A model generated the notes under the pieces. It was not told the origin of the DNA and ran no database searches. It saw only the letters and a list, made by a program, of their open reading frames with translations. Below, piece by piece: positions 20,369 to 29,662 of a stretch of DNA of 64,000 nucleotides. The stretch comes from Spirochaetia bacterium (GTDB lineage: Bacteria > Spirochaetota > Spirochaetia > SZUA-6 > Bin103): NCBI GenBank assembly GCA_965203905.1, contig CBDBDQ010000005.1, forward strand, positions 320,001 through 384,000. Direction: 5' to 3'. The translations under genes and the position numbers were made by a program. How positions within the stretch are numbered: position 1 is the stretch's first letter; every line of letters starts with the position of its first letter.

Positions 20369-21094
20369 ATGCTTCTGAGCGAGCAGCAGTGCAGTCAGTA
20401 CCGCGACGCCGGCTACCTGGTCGTACCGCGCCTGTTCGAGCCGGACACCGCGCGGCGGATGATCGATCACTACATGGCGGCGCGTGCCACGGGGCCGTTG
20501 CCCGGCGACTTCGGCGGGACCCCGGACCACCCGGAAGATCCTACCCACCGCTATCCGCGCATGATCAACATGCACGACTGGGATCCGCCGAGCGCGCGTT
20601 GGGCCACGGCTGCCAAGCTGCAATCGGCCGTGCGGCAGCTGATCGACGACGAGCCGGTGCTGCGCCAGACCATGATCTACTTCAAGCCGCCGCGGGGCCG
20701 CGGCCAGGGGCTGCACCAGGACGCGCAGTTCATCGCCGTCGAGCCGCTGCTCGGGGTGTGGGTTGCGCTGGACCGGTCGGACGAGCCGGTGGGCCCGATG
20801 ACGGTGATACCGGGGTCGCACAGGCTGGGTCTGATGCCGGTGGAGGCGGCCGATACCGCGGTCTCATTCACCGAGGTGCAATCGGTGCTGCCGGAGGGTG
20901 CCGAGACCGTCGGCGTGACCATGGAGCCGGGCGACGCCCTGTTCTTCGACGGCAAGACGATCCACGGCTCATACGCCAACCGCACCACCGACCGCTGGCG
21001 GCGCAGCTTCATCTGCCACTACGTCGGCAAGCATTCCCGGGACTTCCGACCTGAAGAGGGCAAGCACGTATCCCACCTGCTGGATCGAAGCTGA
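20369..21094 (+). CDS. PhyH-family Fe(II)/2OG dioxygenase
   Basis: YFKPP..RGQGLHQD, IHGSYAN, RRSFICHY. Confidence 0.9.
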   Translation: MLLSEQQCSQYRDAGYLVVPRLFEPDTARRMIDHYMAARATGPLPGDFGGTPDHPEDPTHRYPRMINMHDWDPPSARWATAAKLQSAVRQLIDDEPVLRQTMIYFKPPRGRGQGLHQDAQFIAVEPLLGVWVALDRSDEPVGPMTVIPGSHRLGLMPVEAADTAVSFTEVQSVLPEGAETVGVTMEPGDALFFDGKTIHGSYANRTTDRWRRSFICHYVGKHSRDFRPEEGKHVSHLLDRS

Positions 21095-21168
21095 GTCCGG
21101 ATACCGTGACCCTGCCGGCGTCAGGGCCCCGAGATGGTAGGGCTTACATACTGACTACTGGCGCGGGC

Positions 21169-23805
21169 TCAGGTCTCCATGGGGCGCCGAGGGATGACTT
21201 CAAGTACGCTTTGGCCTTCGCTAACAGTGTGACCTAAAGGGAACGTGATGCTGCCGAATTTGGTGATGGCAAGCTCCGACAGCTTGAGGCTTCCATGGTG
21301 CACTTTCAACTCTACTTCAGTCCCCTTATCCGTTTTCTTCTGCGAAAACGTTCCCCATGCATAGCCATTGGACCAGAACCACTGAGTATCCTTATCCGCC
21401 GCCGCGAAAGACATCGTACCGGTAACTCCTGAGTACTGGAATCCGGTGAGTGTGGTCAGCGCCGCCCACGAGATCATGGCCCGAGCGTAATGATGGCCGC
21501 ACTCGGCCTCGTTCCAGGGGCTGCGCCGGGTACCGTCAAAGCGCGAGCGGATCGCTTCGATGCACTTCAGACCGGAGTCGATCTGGCCTTCCTGCAGCAT
21601 CCCAATCGCCGCGGCGTACTCGAATCCCGTCATACACTCGCTGTAGCCGCCGGTGACAATGTCAGGGCGGCCGCCGTCAGGATAGGAGCAGACGAGCAGG
21701 CCTTGCTCCCCATTCAGCGTGTATCCACGGGAATTGTTAAGATGGTTCCAGAAATCCTCCATGAAATTGTATTTCATGATACTGCGAGTGGTTTTGCCTA
21801 CATTTCCTCTATTGAGCAAATATCCCAATCCGCAGACATGGGCCATACACTGACCCACTAGCTGGTCCACCAGGCAGCCTTTGCCGAGCTGAAGCTGCGG
21901 GTTCTCCAGGTCGGTGCGGTCCCTGTCAACAACCAATCCTGGGGCAACCCCGGAGAGGTTTCCTGGCGGGCGGATCTGCTGCTCGTAGTATTCGCCGTTG
22001 AACAGGTTGCCATCAATCCAAGCGCTGCCGCGATCGAAGAGGTCACGGCACGCCCCGGCAAAGTCGCCCTGACCCAGATACCGAGCGACTTCTTCGGCGG
22101 CCCGCAGAGCACCCAGATACCAGACGCCGATCAACGGATTTGGACCGAAGTACTCCGTATCGAGGGTGTGGTGCTGGGCGCCTTCCATGACGCCGTCTTT
22201 ATCAGCATCCCAGCCTCCGGGTATCCAGGCGAATTCCAGGGCCTTTCGTGCCCGCGGCCACAAGTCGCGAAGAAACTCATCGTCTCCCGACAATTGCCAC
22301 TCGCGATAGAGGCGCATAAGTGCCCCCATCTGTCCATCCGCTGCGGTAAGCCCCCACTCCTTTCCGGTACCCAAAGGCAGCGTCGAGCGGCAGTTCATAA
22401 ATCCATCTTCCCTCGTCGAAAAGAGAAAATCGATCTTGCGCATGGAACAGGCGAGCTCGCCATAAAGAAAGGCCGTCGCCTGTTCGTAGTTCCACACATG
22501 GGTAGCAGATCCGTGGCAGCTTCCGACATCATCAGCGCACCCTTCCCAACCGTGAAAGAAACCGTCGGCTGTCTGAAAGCACGTCTGCGTGCGTAGCGTA
22601 CTGGCGTTATAGAGTGCTGCCTCCTTAACCACCGCGGGGAGGTCGCTGGCGCAAACCGATGCCACAAAGGAAACGGTTTTCGACTCCAGGTCGGTCAGGT
22701 GAGGCACTGTCTGAAGCGCTACATCCCAGGCATCGCGGAATCGCCCGGTGTAATGATTGCCAACCCAGCCACTAGAGGCGCTATTCCCGCCCCATTCGTA
22801 ACGGTTGGGGAAATACCAGGTGATCACGAACGTAATCGCCTTCTCCTCACCCGGCTCTAATTGGACGCTAACGGCAGTAGCACCTGCCGGACTATCTCCG
22901 CCGTTAGACTCCTCTTCCAATTCTCCATTCAGCGAGAATTCGTTCCAGAAATCCTGCAGCGGTTGCCAGCTCCAATCGCCAAATCCCCATGCCTGCTTTC
23001 GCGTTACTCCCCTCTTTGCAGTTGTCAACAGGGCAATAGAGCCGAATCCTTCGGAATCCGTAGCCATCCCCTCGCCATCCATAAAGATTCCCTGAAAACC
23101 CTCTTCCACCCGGCAGCGATTGCGCCTCTCCATAGGGCCCGCGTGGTCAGGTCGGAGTTTCATCTTTCCGGGTATGGCGCTCCCCGTGGCGGTGTCTTGT
23201 TGTCCTTGCCACACAAAAGGAGCTGCTATGGTAGGAGACTCCTTGTTTACACGACTCGATCCCAATTCCAACGCGCCGACGAAATTACCCAGACTGCCGC
23301 ACACGGACGCCGTGATCGGCTCCCTGGCTCTGCTTTTTAGGACATAGCGAAGTAGCACAAGAGGAATACCACTTGACTCCAAATCACCGGGAATCATAGG
23401 ATTGAAGGCTTCCAGGCGAACGTCCACCGGCACGTCCTTATCTTGTAACAGCGCCTGGGCCAGAGGATAGGCTGTAGCCAGACCGCAGCGGCGAAAACGT
23501 GGCAGCGCATAGTTTGGACCGGTAGATCCGTTGTAGGCCTCATAGTGTTCAAATTCGAGCGGGCCTTCCAGCGCTTTGGTAACCCTGCTACCGCCTGCAC
23601 CTCTCACACTGATACAGAAGAATGTGTTTTTGGGCAAAAAACCCTTGGCCGGCCTGTTCCCCACCTCCCAATCGCGAAGGTCGCCGCGGCCTCCTAGTGA
23701 GATGGTTCCGGTTCCGATACCGCCTATCGGCATTGCCGCGCGTAGGAGATGCCGCTGATCGTAGGTAGTCAATACAGGCCACTTGGGGTTTAGGAGTCTC
23801 GCCAA
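21169..23805 (-). CDS. GH116 glycoside hydrolase (non-lysosomal glucosylceramidase-like); native 5' end separated by ISAzo13
   Basis: MPIGGIGTG, HGWEGC, HVWNYEQA, ADGQMG, EAECGHHYARAM; original ATG at 25117 beyond the IS. Confidence 0.88.
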   Translation of the reverse strand: MARLLNPKWPVLTTYDQRHLLRAAMPIGGIGTGTISLGGRGDLRDWEVGNRPAKGFLPKNTFFCISVRGAGGSRVTKALEGPLEFEHYEAYNGSTGPNYALPRFRRCGLATAYPLAQALLQDKDVPVDVRLEAFNPMIPGDLESSGIPLVLLRYVLKSRAREPITASVCGSLGNFVGALELGSSRVNKESPTIAAPFVWQGQQDTATGSAIPGKMKLRPDHAGPMERRNRCRVEEGFQGIFMDGEGMATDSEGFGSIALLTTAKRGVTRKQAWGFGDWSWQPLQDFWNEFSLNGELEEESNGGDSPAGATAVSVQLEPGEEKAITFVITWYFPNRYEWGGNSASSGWVGNHYTGRFRDAWDVALQTVPHLTDLESKTVSFVASVCASDLPAVVKEAALYNASTLRTQTCFQTADGFFHGWEGCADDVGSCHGSATHVWNYEQATAFLYGELACSMRKIDFLFSTREDGFMNCRSTLPLGTGKEWGLTAADGQMGALMRLYREWQLSGDDEFLRDLWPRARKALEFAWIPGGWDADKDGVMEGAQHHTLDTEYFGPNPLIGVWYLGALRAAEEVARYLGQGDFAGACRDLFDRGSAWIDGNLFNGEYYEQQIRPPGNLSGVAPGLVVDRDRTDLENPQLQLGKGCLVDQLVGQCMAHVCGLGYLLNRGNVGKTTRSIMKYNFMEDFWNHLNNSRGYTLNGEQGLLVCSYPDGGRPDIVTGGYSECMTGFEYAAAIGMLQEGQIDSGLKCIEAIRSRFDGTRRSPWNEAECGHHYARAMISWAALTTLTGFQYSGVTGTMSFAAADKDTQWFWSNGYAWGTFSQKKTDKGTEVELKVHHGSLKLSELAITKFGSITFPLGHTVSEGQSVLEVIPRRPMET

Positions 23806-25101
23806 AATAAGCTGGTCTTTTAGTCACTGTCGGGGAGTCAGCATGTAGTTCCATTCGCCGTGAAACCGATCGCGCTTCAGATTCAGTGCCTGCATCTGTT
23901 CGTCGCTCACCGTCTGCCCCGTCGGGTAGCTGTTGTGGTCCAACTCCGAGCGGATCGTCAAGCCGCTCCTGGTTCTCGTGTGGCCGATCAGGTTCACCAC
24001 CACCTGCCGGCTCACCAGCGGTCGCCCGCGCCAGTTCTCGGTGATGTGACAGAACATCCGATGCTCGATCTTGTTCCACTTGCTGGTCCCCGGCGGAAAG
24101 TGACACACCGAGATGCGCAGCCCCGTGGCATCGGCGAACTGCTGCAACTCCACCTTCCACAGCCGACTGCGACTGCTGTTGGAACCGCCCCCGTCGGCCG
24201 TGATCAGCAACCGCCGCGCCTGTGGATACGCCATATGGCCCATCCTCTGCCACCACCTCCGCAGTGTCTCCACGGCGAATACCGCGGTGTCGTGATCCTC
24301 CCCCACGCTCACCCAGCCGGTGTCACCGGTCACGTCGTAGATCCCGTACGGAATCGCCTTGCCGAGCGTCTTATCCACGAAATCGTGCACCTTGACGCGC
24401 TCCGGTTGGCCCTTCGGGCGCCACTCTCGACCCCCGTTGCGGTACTCGCCCACCAACTCCTTTTTCTTGGTGTCAACAGAAACTACCGGCTGCCGCAGAG
24501 CCTGAAACGCGCGCACCCTCCGGTTGATGTGCTTGAACTGCGCATCGCGGTCGACATGCTGCGTGCCTTCCAGCGTCTTGCGGTTGGCCTGCAGGCTGTA
24601 GCCCAACTCATGCAACAGCCGGTTCACGGTCCGCTCGCTCACCGGGTGACCGGCCGCCTGCAGTTCCTCGGCCAGCCGCGCCGCGCTACTGCAGGTCCAC
24701 AGCAACGGCCCCATCGGGTCGCCGCGGGTGACCGGGTCGACCAACCGCTCCAGCGCCTGTGTCAACTTCGGGTCGCGGGCGGTCAACGGCTTACGGCCTG
24801 CGCCGGGTCGTCGCTGGCGTCCGCTGTTGGCTTGTGCCCCTGCTGCTGCGCCGGCATCCAGTTCCTTCAGCCCGGCGTGAATGGTGGTCCGCGAGATCCC
24901 GGTGGCGGCTGCCACACAGGCGATGCCGCCACGGCCCAGCAGGCGCGCCTCCACCGCAGCCCAGCGGCGCCGGAGGCGCTCGTCAAACAATGGATTCAGG
25001 GCTGCGAACTTGGTCTTGACCGCTTGGGTGAGAATTGGGTCCACTACGTCTGAGTAGATTATCGGCTACTCCTTTCGACCACTTTATTTTGGCGAGATCC
25101 C
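23793..25101 (-). mobile_element. ISAzo13-family insertion sequence
   Basis: Terminal IRs GGAGTCTCGCCAAAATAA / TTATTTTGGCGAGATCCC; TTA duplicated at 23790-23792 and 25102-25104. Confidence 0.92.
23824..25044 (-). CDS. ISAzo13 transposase
   Basis: SVDTKKKE, DHDT, ITADGGGSN, PPGTSKWNKIEHR, HGEWNY. Confidence 0.95.
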   Translation of the reverse strand: MDPILTQAVKTKFAALNPLFDERLRRRWAAVEARLLGRGGIACVAAATGISRTTIHAGLKELDAGAAAGAQANSGRQRRPGAGRKPLTARDPKLTQALERLVDPVTRGDPMGPLLWTCSSAARLAEELQAAGHPVSERTVNRLLHELGYSLQANRKTLEGTQHVDRDAQFKHINRRVRAFQALRQPVVSVDTKKKELVGEYRNGGREWRPKGQPERVKVHDFVDKTLGKAIPYGIYDVTGDTGWVSVGEDHDTAVFAVETLRRWWQRMGHMAYPQARRLLITADGGGSNSSRSRLWKVELQQFADATGLRISVCHFPPGTSKWNKIEHRMFCHITENWRGRPLVSRQVVVNLIGHTRTRSGLTIRSELDHNSYPTGQTVSDEQMQALNLKRDRFHGEWNYMLTPRQ

Positions 25102-25151
25102 TTAGTCTACCTTTCATTCTCCAGGCTCCTTTTGGGGACCTGCCACCCAAC

Positions 25152-25192
25152 AAAAAAGGGAACCCACAAAGCTAGCTTGTGGAGTTCCCTTT
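25152..25192 (-). terminator. Rho-independent terminator after the SBP gene
   Basis: Minus-strand stem AGGGAAC(T)CCACAA...TTGTGGGTTCCCT followed by a T-tract. Confidence 0.75.
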
Positions 25193-25216
25193 CTCCTTGT
25201 CGCTAGGTTCCGTTAC

Positions 25217-27229
25217 CTACTCATCCAGATAGAATTGAACCGGGTAAAATGAACTCCAGTTGTGCGTATCTGAACCCTTGAGTCCGATATGCGGGACATT
25301 TTGCAGATTATTGTTCACGATCACCGGAAACGGCATCTGGGCCACCGTTCCTATCGTCCAGAGATTCTCCGTCTGAGCATTTACCAGGTCTTTCCCCGCT
25401 CTAAAGCGAACCTCGGGATCCGCCGAACGGGTAAATGTTACAAGGTCGTTAATAAGCTTCTTGATATGCTCCGGCGGTTCCTCTCCCTGTTTTCCTTTGG
25501 TAGCGTTCCATTGCAGCCACAATGGCATGGGACTCCAGGGCACCTGTCCAAGCGGCCACGCGGGAGCCAGCGTGAAAATCGGTGTAAGAGTCAGAATAGG
25601 ATCTGTAGTTCTCTCAATTACCCATTCCCCCATGTCAAAATCGTTGGCCCTCCAGCGAGTTATTTTCAGGCCGATACTGATCATTTCCAAATCGATGTTC
25701 AGGCCGACATCTTTCCAATACTCCAATGCCATTTCCAGGACATCCACTTTGGGGGTCAAGTACTCTGCGGTGGTCAGTGTCGGATTGAATTTTGTTCCGT
25801 CAGGACCCTCCCTGAATCCGTCTCCATCGACGTCCACCATTCCCATTTCATCGAGCAGCTCATTCGCCTTTTCTACGCTATAGTCGGCGAAGGATTGTTC
25901 ATAGCTCTTTTCCCAAAACTGGCTCGTGGTAGTTACCGTCGATTGTGACGGAACGGCCATACCGAAAAAGACCTTTTCATTGATCGCTTCGCGATCGAGA
26001 GCATGCGATAGAGCTTTTCTGAAACGAACATCGTTGAAAATCTCTCTGAGGACAGGGTCAGGGTGAGTAAAGTTGGGATATATGGCAACCGCGTTTCCTC
26101 CGGTATGAGTAAACACGTAGGTTCTGTAGTTCCCTTTTTCTTCGTTCTCCTTAATTATGGGAAGATCGACGAATCTCAAGTTCTGGCCCGCCATCGTCGC
26201 TTCTCCGGTTACCGCCTTCATTGTCATCATTTCATTGCTGGAGGCTAGATTAACTCGGATATGGTCGATATAGGGAAGCTGATTACCTTCGGTGTCGACG
26301 AATGCAAAATAGGGATTGCGCTCGAATAGGATATGAGTTTCTGACCGTTCTATCGGGATGTACGGCTTGACGTTGGGTCTGACTCGATCAGGAAACACGA
26401 TTCCATGCTGGCCGCCGTTCATGTAACTGTAGAACTGATACCAGTGATCGAAGCCCAGCTCTTTCGCCTTTGCTTCCAATTCGTTTTTGTCGACAAAATC
26501 AGCATGGTAGTTCTGCAAGTATTTATGAGGTGTATCGATTCCCCTGTCCCCCAATCGTACGTGGAACCAGGCATCAGGCTGAGTCAGCTCGAATTGTACG
26601 GTATAGTCATCGATCTTGCTCACATTTGATATGCCCGTCGGCACCCCGTCCTCGGGCGGTATCGGGCTTAGATCCTCGTTGTTTGCCACGTGCTTCCACC
26701 AGAAGAGGTAGTCGTCGGCCGTAAGCGGATCTCCGTTCGAGTACTTCAAGCCTTCCCACAGGTAGACCGTGAAGGACTTGTTGTCAGTTGAGTATTCCCA
26801 ATCCTTGACGATATAGGGAAGCATCTCAGTTGCGGTCGGGTCCGAACGCAGATAATTCGCCCCGCGTATCCACACCAGTGCTTCACTTGCCCATCCGGTA
26901 GAAGCTAGTTGAGTTGCCCACACTACGGCGGTGCCACCGTACTTACCGACATTTTCATACGGTTCGATAACAGGCGGATCATCCGGCAGTCTTTGCGCCA
27001 CCGGGGGTAGCTGACCGGATCTTACTCGCTCATCGAGTAACGGGGATTGGTTGAATTCCCTTATTCCCCATTGGGATGCGGTCTGTGGAGCGACAAACCA
27101 GCTGTCGGGAATACTGGGGTCGACAAGGCCTCTCTCGATGAAACCTTTGATCACCTCCTGTTTCTCAGCGAAGACGGCTGCAGGGACGATCAACGTAAGA
27201 GCCAACATGGCGAGAAAAAATCTTTTCAT
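25217..27229 (-). CDS. ABC transporter family-5 (Opp/Dpp) solute-binding protein
   Basis: Signal peptide, LPPVAQRLP..P, GKYGG, ERNPYF..VDTEGNQLPYID, DVRFRKALS. Confidence 0.9.
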   Translation of the reverse strand: MKRFFLAMLALTLIVPAAVFAEKQEVIKGFIERGLVDPSIPDSWFVAPQTASQWGIREFNQSPLLDERVRSGQLPPVAQRLPDDPPVIEPYENVGKYGGTAVVWATQLASTGWASEALVWIRGANYLRSDPTATEMLPYIVKDWEYSTDNKSFTVYLWEGLKYSNGDPLTADDYLFWWKHVANNEDLSPIPPEDGVPTGISNVSKIDDYTVQFELTQPDAWFHVRLGDRGIDTPHKYLQNYHADFVDKNELEAKAKELGFDHWYQFYSYMNGGQHGIVFPDRVRPNVKPYIPIERSETHILFERNPYFAFVDTEGNQLPYIDHIRVNLASSNEMMTMKAVTGEATMAGQNLRFVDLPIIKENEEKGNYRTYVFTHTGGNAVAIYPNFTHPDPVLREIFNDVRFRKALSHALDREAINEKVFFGMAVPSQSTVTTTSQFWEKSYEQSFADYSVEKANELLDEMGMVDVDGDGFREGPDGTKFNPTLTTAEYLTPKVDVLEMALEYWKDVGLNIDLEMISIGLKITRWRANDFDMGEWVIERTTDPILTLTPIFTLAPAWPLGQVPWSPMPLWLQWNATKGKQGEEPPEHIKKLINDLVTFTRSADPEVRFRAGKDLVNAQTENLWTIGTVAQMPFPVIVNNNLQNVPHIGLKGSDTHNWSSFYPVQFYLDE

Positions 27230-27250
27230 TTTTCTGCCCTCCTAGTTTCT

Positions 27251-27278
27251 ATTATTGATGAATTTTGGCTCTTGTCAA
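27251..27278 (-). promoter_or_regulatory. Putative sigma70 promoter of the SBP gene
   Basis: TTGACA (27278-27273), 16 nt, AATAAT; AGGAGG RBS before ATG 27229. Confidence 0.45.
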
Positions 27279-27344
27279 GCTCACCCCCCGGGCCGGGACG
27301 GACCGGAGTTGGCATGGGAGAAACAGGGCTGCAAGCCTATACTG

Positions 27345-27540
27345 GGGGTTAGTCTTCGAGGGAGCGCGAAGTAGGCCGGCGATGCACTGGTGTAGCGCCC
27401 TGCGGCGAACCCGTTGTCAAGCTTGGTCCCGAGGCCCGTGGCGTTGTCATTGGTGAGGCTCAGCCCGCGACCGGTTGCGGTGGTGATCCATCCCGATAAG
27501 GAGAATGCGCAGTTGCTTCACGCCTTGGCCGCTCCACTCA
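27345..27540 (+). ncRNA. Putative IS110 bridge RNA (boundaries approximate)
   Basis: Follows TATACT (27338-27343); contains TTGTCAAG(CT) identical to the left flank and TAAGGAG identical to the element right end. Confidence 0.6.
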
Positions 27541-27555
27541 TTCCCAGGAGGAGTC

Positions 27556-28950
27556 ATGGCACGACGCAAACGCAGAAGCAAACGCAGCGGCAAGGGCAAT
27601 CGCTCGGCGCAGCCGCAGGTGGTGCACCCCGAGGCGGCAGGCCTGGATGTGGGCGCCACCATGATCTACGCGGCGGTACGCGCTGAGCGCGCCGAGCAGC
27701 CGATCCAATCGTTCCCGACCTTTACCCGCGATCTGCATGCCTTGGCCGATTGGCTGAGTACCTGCCAGGTAACCACGGTGGCCATGGAGTCGACCGGCGT
27801 GTACTGGATCCCGGTGCACCAGATCCTGGAAGCACGCGGCTTCGAGGTGGTGCTGGTCAACGCTCGCCACGTGCGCTCGGTGCCCGGTCGCAAGAGCGAC
27901 GTCGAGGACTGCGAATGGCTGCGTTGCCTGCACTCGGTAGGGTTTCTGCGCGGCTCGTTCCGACCGGCTGACGAGGTATGTGCGGTGCGCTCCTTGTTGC
28001 GCCATCGCGACAGCGTGATCAAGACCGCCTCCCGCAGCGTACTGCACATGCAGAAGGCGTTCGATCAGATGAACGTCCATCTGCACCACGCGATCTCCGA
28101 TCTGACCGGGCTCAGCGGCCTGGCCATCACCGACGCCATCCTGGACGGAGAGCGCGACCCGACGCGCTTGGCGAAGCTGGCGCACCCGCGGATCAAGGCC
28201 AGCCGTGCCACCCTGATCAAGGCTCTGGAGGGTGATTGGCGCAGCGAACATCTGTTCACCTTGCGCCACGCACGCCAGACCTATGCGCACTACCAGCAGC
28301 TCATCAGTGAGTGTGACCAGGAGATCATGGCCCGCATCCGCGCGTTCGAGCAGACCCAGGAGCCGCCCGCCGCGACCGCTACCGACCAGCAACCGCCGGA
28401 ATCCCCTGAACCGGGCCCGGAACCGCCTGCGTCGCCTCCGCAAGCGTGCAACATGAAAGCCCACCTGACGCGGTTGTTCGGCACCGACCTGACCCTCATT
28501 CCCGGTATCGGCGACACTACCGCGCTGGTGCTGTTCAGCGAACTCGGCCCCGATCTGTCACGCTTTCCGAGCGCCGCGCAGTTCGCATCCTGGTTGAACC
28601 TCTGTCCGCAGAACAAGATCACCGGCGGCAAGGTGATCAGCTCTCAGACGGGGCCCGGCGCCAACCGTGCGGCACAGGCGCTGCGCATGGCAACCCAGAC
28701 CCTGTACCGCAGCCACTCCGCGCTCGGTGACTTCTTCCGCCGCAAGCGGGCCCGCGTCGGCTCCCCGCAGGCGATTACCGACACCGCCCACAAGCTGGCG
28801 CGCATCATCTACCACCTGGTGACCCGCCACGTCCTCTACGATGACAACGTTCTGCTCCAGCAACAGCGCCAGGACCGTAAACGCCATGAACGGCGACTTC
28901 GAAATCAGGCCCGCGCTCTCGGCTTCAAACTCGTTCCGGAGGCTGCCTGA
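27556..28950 (+). CDS. IS110 family transposase/recombinase
   Basis: DEDD RuvC-like motifs GLDV, MESTGVYW, KSDVEDC; Transposase_20 region IPGIG...FASWLNLCP...AHKLARIIY; AGGAGG RBS. Confidence 0.95.
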   Translation: MARRKRRSKRSGKGNRSAQPQVVHPEAAGLDVGATMIYAAVRAERAEQPIQSFPTFTRDLHALADWLSTCQVTTVAMESTGVYWIPVHQILEARGFEVVLVNARHVRSVPGRKSDVEDCEWLRCLHSVGFLRGSFRPADEVCAVRSLLRHRDSVIKTASRSVLHMQKAFDQMNVHLHHAISDLTGLSGLAITDAILDGERDPTRLAKLAHPRIKASRATLIKALEGDWRSEHLFTLRHARQTYAHYQQLISECDQEIMARIRAFEQTQEPPAATATDQQPPESPEPGPEPPASPPQACNMKAHLTRLFGTDLTLIPGIGDTTALVLFSELGPDLSRFPSAAQFASWLNLCPQNKITGGKVISSQTGPGANRAAQALRMATQTLYRSHSALGDFFRRKRARVGSPQAITDTAHKLARIIYHLVTRHVLYDDNVLLQQQRQDRKRHERRLRNQARALGFKLVPEAA

Positions 28951-29029
28951 ATGCTTGGTTTCTAAGGAGGTTCTCAATTGCGGGATCGCCAGATCCCGCA
29001 CGGCAGCGGGAGAGCGGACGGCGCGGCCT

Positions 29030-29140
29030 GAGGGCGTGATGGCAAGGGCGGCGGACAGCAGCGCGCAACACGCCGGCATGGCCGGCGCGAGCAATAGTGA
29101 GCGGCCGGTGGAACCGGAAGTGGTAGCGTGGGCACGAGTT
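29030..29140 (+). pseudogene. Possible IS3-type orfA N-terminal remnant
   Basis: ...SNSERPVEPEVVAWAR resembles the PDPEVVA(K/R) start of some IS3 OrfA proteins; truncated. Confidence 0.3.
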
Positions 29141-29174
29141 GCCGGACCTGGAACTGTGACCGCCGGCGATCCGG

Positions 29175-29350
29175 TCAGAGACCCTGCTGTGGCGCAAGTA
29201 CGTGGACCGCTCCCATTGCCTCGGCTTGCGCTCCGCTGCCGGGAGCACAGATGCGCTATATGGCCACCAGCCAAGCACCAGTTACTGGCAGCGCTCGGTT
29301 TTCGGAGCCTGCGCTTTGGAAGGCGACAGCGCGAGATCGGTTCATCGGAG
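29175..29350 (+). pseudogene. Decayed DUF4338 (IS4-associated / DruA-like domain) fragment
   Basis: Pieces across frames: LWRKYVDRSHCLG / PLPGAQMRY / LLAALGF / WKATARDRFIG. Confidence 0.6.
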
Positions 29351-29662
29351 CCGTGCGCCTGGCAACCGAGAGGGGCACGTGAGCATCGGTAGTGGGGCGT
29401 GCGAGCGAAGCCTTGAGCGTCGCAAACGCCGGTACCGGCGTTCCACCGTCCCACCGCCTCGAGGCCTCCGAGCCCCTGTTCTACGCCGCGCTCGTCACCA
29501 CGCTCCGGAGATACTGCGCGACCGGATCAGCGATTTCGAACGCCGCTGGCAGAAAGCGTCGCCCGATGATGGTGGTCAGCATCGAAGGAGCTCCACTGGG
29601 TGCTGACGTCGTGCCATCCACCCGCCGTAGGCACTTCGGGTCATGCCTCGGCGTCACCTCCC

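Larger units (their letters stand above)
27280..28969 (+). mobile_element. IS110-family element with long left non-coding end (ends inferred)
   Basis: IS110 transposase; about 275 bp left non-coding region; AG dinucleotide at both junctions; no terminal IR/TSD. Confidence 0.75.

Noticed and set aside
27269-28969. IS1111-type sub-terminal inverted repeats (CTCTTGTCAAGC versus CTCCTTAGAAAC)
   Set aside because: Only 7 of 12 positions match, and the long non-coding end is on the left, which fits the IS110 group and the guide-match model better
29175-29350. Druantia anti-phage system
   Set aside because: Only a short multi-frameshifted DUF4338 piece among IS debris; no other dru genes
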